NCBI GenBank assembly: GCA_963713865.1
Contig: OY970208.1
Span: forward strand, 2,304,001 to 2,368,000
Direction: 5' to 3'
Origin: an uncultured candidate division Zixibacteria bacterium
GTDB taxonomy: Bacteria; Zixibacteria; MSB-5A5; RBG-16-43-9
Length of the DNA stretch: 64,000 nucleotides
The notes beneath the pieces were generated by a model. The model made no database searches. It saw nothing but the letters and a program-made list of their open reading frames with translations, and was not told where the DNA came from. Below are positions 58,540-64,000 of this stretch, piece by piece. How positions within the stretch are numbered: position 1 is the stretch's first letter; each line of letters starts with the position of its first letter. The translations under genes and the position numbers were made by a program.

Positions 58540-58802
58540 ATTAAATTACCTTTTCAGATAGAGCAATCCTAATGGTCGTTTTTAAAAACCTTGTTGACAA
58601 TTTTCACCAGGCCAATCCTCCGGGGTGGATGCCCTATGCCACTGTCATTGCGAGTCTCGCCACAGGTGGAGCGAAGCAATCCGTTTGCTTTACATATGCA
58701 AATTGCTTCGTCGTCATCGTAGGGAGACTCCTCGCAATGATACTCTGGAGGGGCACGGTATGCTGTGCCTCTATAGTTATTTTATGTTGTTTTTCTACCA
58801 TC

Positions 58803-59471
58803 TTATTTCAAGAATTTCCAGGATTCCAGCATCTTAGAGCATTCCTTTTCGCTCATAGAAAAGTATTCCCTTTCTCCGGTAAGCTGAATTATATAAAGGT
58901 TATTCCCTTTTTTCAGAACTATTAATTCCCCTATGAAATAATCTTCCCTGGTTACCATATCACTCGCCTCTGGACCATATTTCTCGGATGGATCTGTTAC
59001 AGGTCTGAGATAACGTTTCTTAAAACCATAGACCTTACCTGGAATGCTGTCCAGAGCAATGTCTGCAGTGTTTATCAGCTCATAGGTGGCTATGGTCTCT
59101 AATTTCATCAGAAATTCATTTTTGTTCCTGAAAACCTCCTTACCTTTTATCAGGCTATTCTCGATCTCCTGGAGGGATAATGATGTTGTGTCTGCTAAAA
59201 GTATGATGGTAGGGATGAGTCTTTCCTCCTCCATCTGAGTAGAGCTCTTATTAACTGCATAGTTTTTCTTTATTAGAGTGCTTCGAATTAAAGAGGGTTC
59301 TTTTTCAAATTTTACCTTCCAGTTGGATAAAATATTCAACTTGTATCCATATTTCTGATCTACCAGGGTATCATTTTCCATTTTACCAGTTTTTTCTTGT
59401 TTTGCCTGGAGATGTTCAAAAAGAAAGATTAAAAGAAAAACGATAAAGGTTATTGAAACTATTTTTTTCAT
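58803..59471 (-). CDS. Hypothetical exported protein (possibly PsbP-like fold)
   Basis: ATG 59471 after AAAGGAGGAG; Sec signal peptide; D.KYGY...NW start and ...MLESWKF end. Confidence 0.6.
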   Translation of the reverse strand: MKKIVSITFIVFLLIFLFEHLQAKQEKTGKMENDTLVDQKYGYKLNILSNWKVKFEKEPSLIRSTLIKKNYAVNKSSTQMEEERLIPTIILLADTTSLSLQEIENSLIKGKEVFRNKNEFLMKLETIATYELINTADIALDSIPGKVYGFKKRYLRPVTDPSEKYGPEASDMVTREDYFIGELIVLKKGNNLYIIQLTGEREYFSMSEKECSKMLESWKFLK

Positions 59472-59887
59472 TTCTCCTCCTTTTTCAGGGTTTATTATAT
59501 ATAATAAATCATCCTTCACTATGCAAATACTTTCTTTAGAGCTTAAATGTTTCAAAAATCATTACTCAATATTTACTAATCAAATGTAAGTCTATGAGTA
59601 TCAATAACTTACGCAAGAATTATAATCAAGCCCTCATATCCGGGATCAGGGGAGAACTCCAATTCTCTTAACAAGTTAAGATAATTGACCCTAAACCTAT
59701 AAGATATTTATGAAACAGGAAAAATTGAAGATATGTAGAAGAGACTGATGGATTGTATTGCTATATGCCCCTAACGTCTCAATGTCTTTACGAGTTCCGA
59801 TTTATCGGAACAAAGCAATCCGTTTACTTTATAAAGACAGATTGCTTCGTCGGCCTCCCTTGGTGAGACTCCTCGTAACGGCATTAA

Positions 59888-59973
59888 GTAGGGGCACGGC
59901 GCGCCGTGCCCCTATGGTCGTTCTGAAATCTTAATGTGAATCTTTGTAGGGGTTCAAATTTTTGAACCCCTAC
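59888..59973. repeat. Two GTAGGGG...CCCCTA REP-like hairpins
   Basis: GTAGGGGCACGGCGCGCCGTGCCCCTAT; GTAGGGGTTCAAATTTTTGAACCCCTAC. Confidence 0.75.
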
Positions 59974-60014
59974 TTTTTTCGTAAAGATTTATTCCTTTCA
60001 AATCTCTTTAAAAC

Positions 60015-61115
60015 TTATATTAGAAACTTACCCGCTTTATAAATCAACTCGCCATCCGCATAGATTTCGCCGCCATCATGCATATCACAGAGCATATCCC
60101 AGTGTATGGCAGATTGATTTTTCCCCAGCGACTCTGGAATTGACCTTCCGATGGCAAGATGGACCGTTCCTCCGATTTTCTCATCAAATAACATATGTCG
60201 GGTGAATTTCTGAATGTTGAAATTTGTTCCGATAGCGATTTCACCTATATATCTTGCCCCCGCATCTGTTTCTAAAAGCTGTTGCAACAGTCCCTCGCCC
60301 TTAGCCGCAAAGGCTTTTATCACCTTCCCTTTTTCAAAGGTAAGCTGAATGTCTTCAATTTCTCTCCCTCCAAATATCCCCGGGAAACTAAATCTGATAT
60401 GTCCCTCTGCGGTATCTTCTACCGGTCCTGTAAATAATTCGCCGTCCGGGAAATTCACGTGTCCAGAGCAATTCACCCACTTCCTGCCTTCGACCGACAT
60501 TTTCAAATCCGTATCTTTAGAAACGATTCTGATATTCTTTTTAGTATTAAGGATTTTGCAAATCCTACCCTGCTCCTGCTCTATCTGTCTCCATCTGGCT
60601 ATAGGGTCCGGGCTATCAATATAACCCGAGCCATAGACAAAATCTTCATATTCGGCAAGGGACATACTTGCTTCCTGGGCAGTCGCTCGATTCGGAAACA
60701 TAGTTCCGCACCACCTTAATTCCCCTTTTGCTTCCCTTTCGAACCATATGCTTTTGAATTTGGCCGTTCCCTGAAATTCCAGTTTTAATTTTCCAGGATC
60801 GATATTCGATAGCATTCTGGTGTTGGTCTCGCTCCAGAAAAAAAGATACGCATCTATCGTCTCTATAAGTTTATACATATCTGCTGGCACATATTTTATC
60901 TGTTCATCACTGCCATTTTTCAGTAATATCTCTTTTAGCTCATCGTTAGTTATTCTTACTTGAGTAAGTGCACCCAGCTCAAGTGCTAATCGGTAGCATT
61001 CCTTGAGCAATGGAAGCGCGGATATATCGCCCTGAATCAGCAGCTTTTCTCCTTTTTTAATACCCAGCGAATATTTCAAAAGCACCTCTGCATGTTTTTT
61101 AATCCTGTAATCCAT
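60015..61115 (-). CDS. Thermophilic metalloaminopeptidase, M29 family (AmpS/AmpT/PepS)
   Basis: NFPDGELFTGP, GEIAIG, LFDEKIGGTVHLAIG, SAIHWDM. Confidence 0.92.
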   Translation of the reverse strand: MDYRIKKHAEVLLKYSLGIKKGEKLLIQGDISALPLLKECYRLALELGALTQVRITNDELKEILLKNGSDEQIKYVPADMYKLIETIDAYLFFWSETNTRMLSNIDPGKLKLEFQGTAKFKSIWFEREAKGELRWCGTMFPNRATAQEASMSLAEYEDFVYGSGYIDSPDPIARWRQIEQEQGRICKILNTKKNIRIVSKDTDLKMSVEGRKWVNCSGHVNFPDGELFTGPVEDTAEGHIRFSFPGIFGGREIEDIQLTFEKGKVIKAFAAKGEGLLQQLLETDAGARYIGEIAIGTNFNIQKFTRHMLFDEKIGGTVHLAIGRSIPESLGKNQSAIHWDMLCDMHDGGEIYADGELIYKAGKFLI

Positions 61116-61520
61116 TTTACCTCCTGAAAAAGTTGTATCTCCAAGCCTTTAGTTTAATTGTTAATTTTTTAAATCTCATCTATATTTTAATACCTTTTAA
61201 GTAAAACCTGTCCATCTTACCATATTTCTTCAAAAAAATCAAGTATTTAATCTTCATTTGTTTTAGCAAGCTTAAAATGTCCTGTCTTACAGATCCGTTT
61301 CCACGTACTCTGTGTCTTGAGATTAACAGGAGCTTTTTTTATTTTTGTTCATAATGTGCAAATTGTGGATTAATCTTATCCGCCTCAGGCGGACCGCCAG
61401 AGATGATCCGCTGGAGGTATCCACGCCTTTTTAAGTGTAAATACGTATGGATTTGGAGAGCTTGGAAGAAATTTAAAAACGTTCGGCTAAGGAGAGTCAG
61501 AACTACGATAATATAAAGAA

Positions 61521-61685
61521 CGTCGGGCGTAAAGCCCGACGCTACATTTAACCTCACTCTGGCCCTCTCGTTAAAAAAACAAGTTTAAGAGTTCAAAGGC
61601 TTAAAGGTTTAAGGGTAACCTCACCCTAACCTTGTCCTGAGAGGAGAGGGGATGACCTTATCCTCACCCCCACCTGAGAGGGAAA
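61521..61685. repeat. Mixed repeat cluster downstream of atpD
   Basis: REP at 61521-61545, 8-mer array at 61583-61614, CCTCACCCT..GGAGAGGG elements. Confidence 0.7.
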
Positions 61686-61688
61686 ATA

Positions 61689-63113
<1,425 letters not shown>

Positions 63114-63276
63114 TTACTCCTTTATCTTAATAATCAATATTTGATTAAACTCCGCTGGAGTGTATACGCCTGAGACGTATAGTTTTACCTTTAATCCTTT
63201 CAAAAACAGGATAGTTTATTTTGGCAAACCTGAAGGTTTGCACTCCAGAACTTTCAACATACTTTTTCAAATCTCT

Positions 63277-64000
63277 CTATCTCAACGCTTCCACTCCGCT
63301 TGCTATTTCCACCATCTCCTTGGTTATGGCAGATTGACGGGCTTTGTTGCGGAGCAAGGTTAAATTTTCGATCATCTCCTCTGCGTTTCTGGTAGCGGCT
63401 CCCATAGCGATCATCCGCGAGCCCTGCTCTGAGGCGAAAGCTTCGGCCAACGCCATCTGAACCCGGGTCAGGCAATATCGAGGAAGAAGGTCTCCAAAGA
63501 GCTTCTCCGGAGATGGCTCAAAGATATATTCCAAATAACCCTCATTTTTTTCTTCCGGCCTTTCGATATTAAGAAATTTATCTAATGCTATTCGATAAGA
63601 GGTTGTGGAGATGAATCTGGTGTACAGCAGATATATCTCGTCCACTTCTCTGGATTTGAAAAGCTCCTCGAGGTCAGAAGTTATCTTTTTTACTCTGTTA
63701 AGCTCCGATTTACCTCCTATGTCCAGATACTGCAATCTAATTTCCCAGGGTCTTTTTCGATAATAATAAACCCCCTTTTTCCCGATAAGAATCAGTTTGA
63801 TTTTTTCTTGAGGTTCTGTGTTTAAAAATTCTTCTGCTTTTCTGAAAATATTAACATTATAGGAACCACAAAGACCCCTGTCTGATGTAATGATGACCAA
63901 GCCCTTATGCCTGACCTCTCTTTTTTCAAATAGAGGATGAGTTAAAGCAGTTGAAGCTGAAGACAGATTCTCAAGGATGGTCTGCATTTTTGAAGCATAG
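63277..64000 (-). CDS. atpG: F0F1 ATP synthase subunit gamma, 3' part (start lies beyond the window)
   Basis: TSDRGLCGSYN, ASEQGSRMIAM..AT.NA, NKARQSAITKE; the frame stays open to the window edge. Confidence 0.96.
   Translation of the reverse strand, partial: YASKMQTILENLSSASTALTHPLFEKREVRHKGLVIITSDRGLCGSYNVNIFRKAEEFLNTEPQEKIKLILIGKKGVYYYRKRPWEIRLQYLDIGGKSELNRVKKITSDLEELFKSREVDEIYLLYTRFISTTSYRIALDKFLNIERPEEKNEGYLEYIFEPSPEKLFGDLLPRYCLTRVQMALAEAFASEQGSRMIAMGAATRNAEEMIENLTLLRNKARQSAITKEMVEIASGVEALR

Noticed and set aside
58572-58925. Plus-strand ORFs 58572-58925 and 58625-58837
   Set aside because: They translate a palindromic repeat element and the antisense of the neighbouring gene
61339-61557. 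72-aa ORF as ATP synthase epsilon
   Set aside because: No resemblance to epsilon, and it starts inside repeat sequence

Overview
An AT-rich, gene-dense bacterial chromosomal segment, mostly minus-strand. I see no rRNA, intact tRNA, CRISPR array or intact transposase. The gene content includes dockerin-tailed secreted proteins, a kinase-TM-TPR receptor, a TonB receptor/T9SS-CTD-like/PorV trio and a multiheme Rieske/cytochrome b complex. This suggests a diderm FCB-related lineage such as Zixibacteria (inference only). Housekeeping genes include rlmD (partial), a leuD-like gene, a Lon-like protease, alr, tkt, coaE, polA, PBP1A, tyrS, the deo operon, atpD and atpG (partial). Seven observations stand out. 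(1) A four-helix-bundle (23S-IVS-protein-like) gene is enclosed by inverted 8-mer tandem arrays that would form a ~32-bp stem in the mRNA, and orphan arms occur elsewhere. (2) A three-gene TonB receptor + large CTD-tagged protein + PorV-like cassette. (3) Two inverted, patchily near-identical papain-like/dockerin genes flank PBP1A-tyrS. (4) A shared orphan AAGGAGGTGAG leader motif lies before all three large surface-protein loci, and sigma28-type promoters before at least two. (5) A DUF2946-like His/Cys leader peptide ending in RSPP heads an ATPase-less Zn-uptake operon. (6) Single-base frameshifts break the Rieske and Mth938 genes. (7) Several families of REP-like palindromes fill the intergenic space. 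All calls come from reading the sequence; no database search was run.
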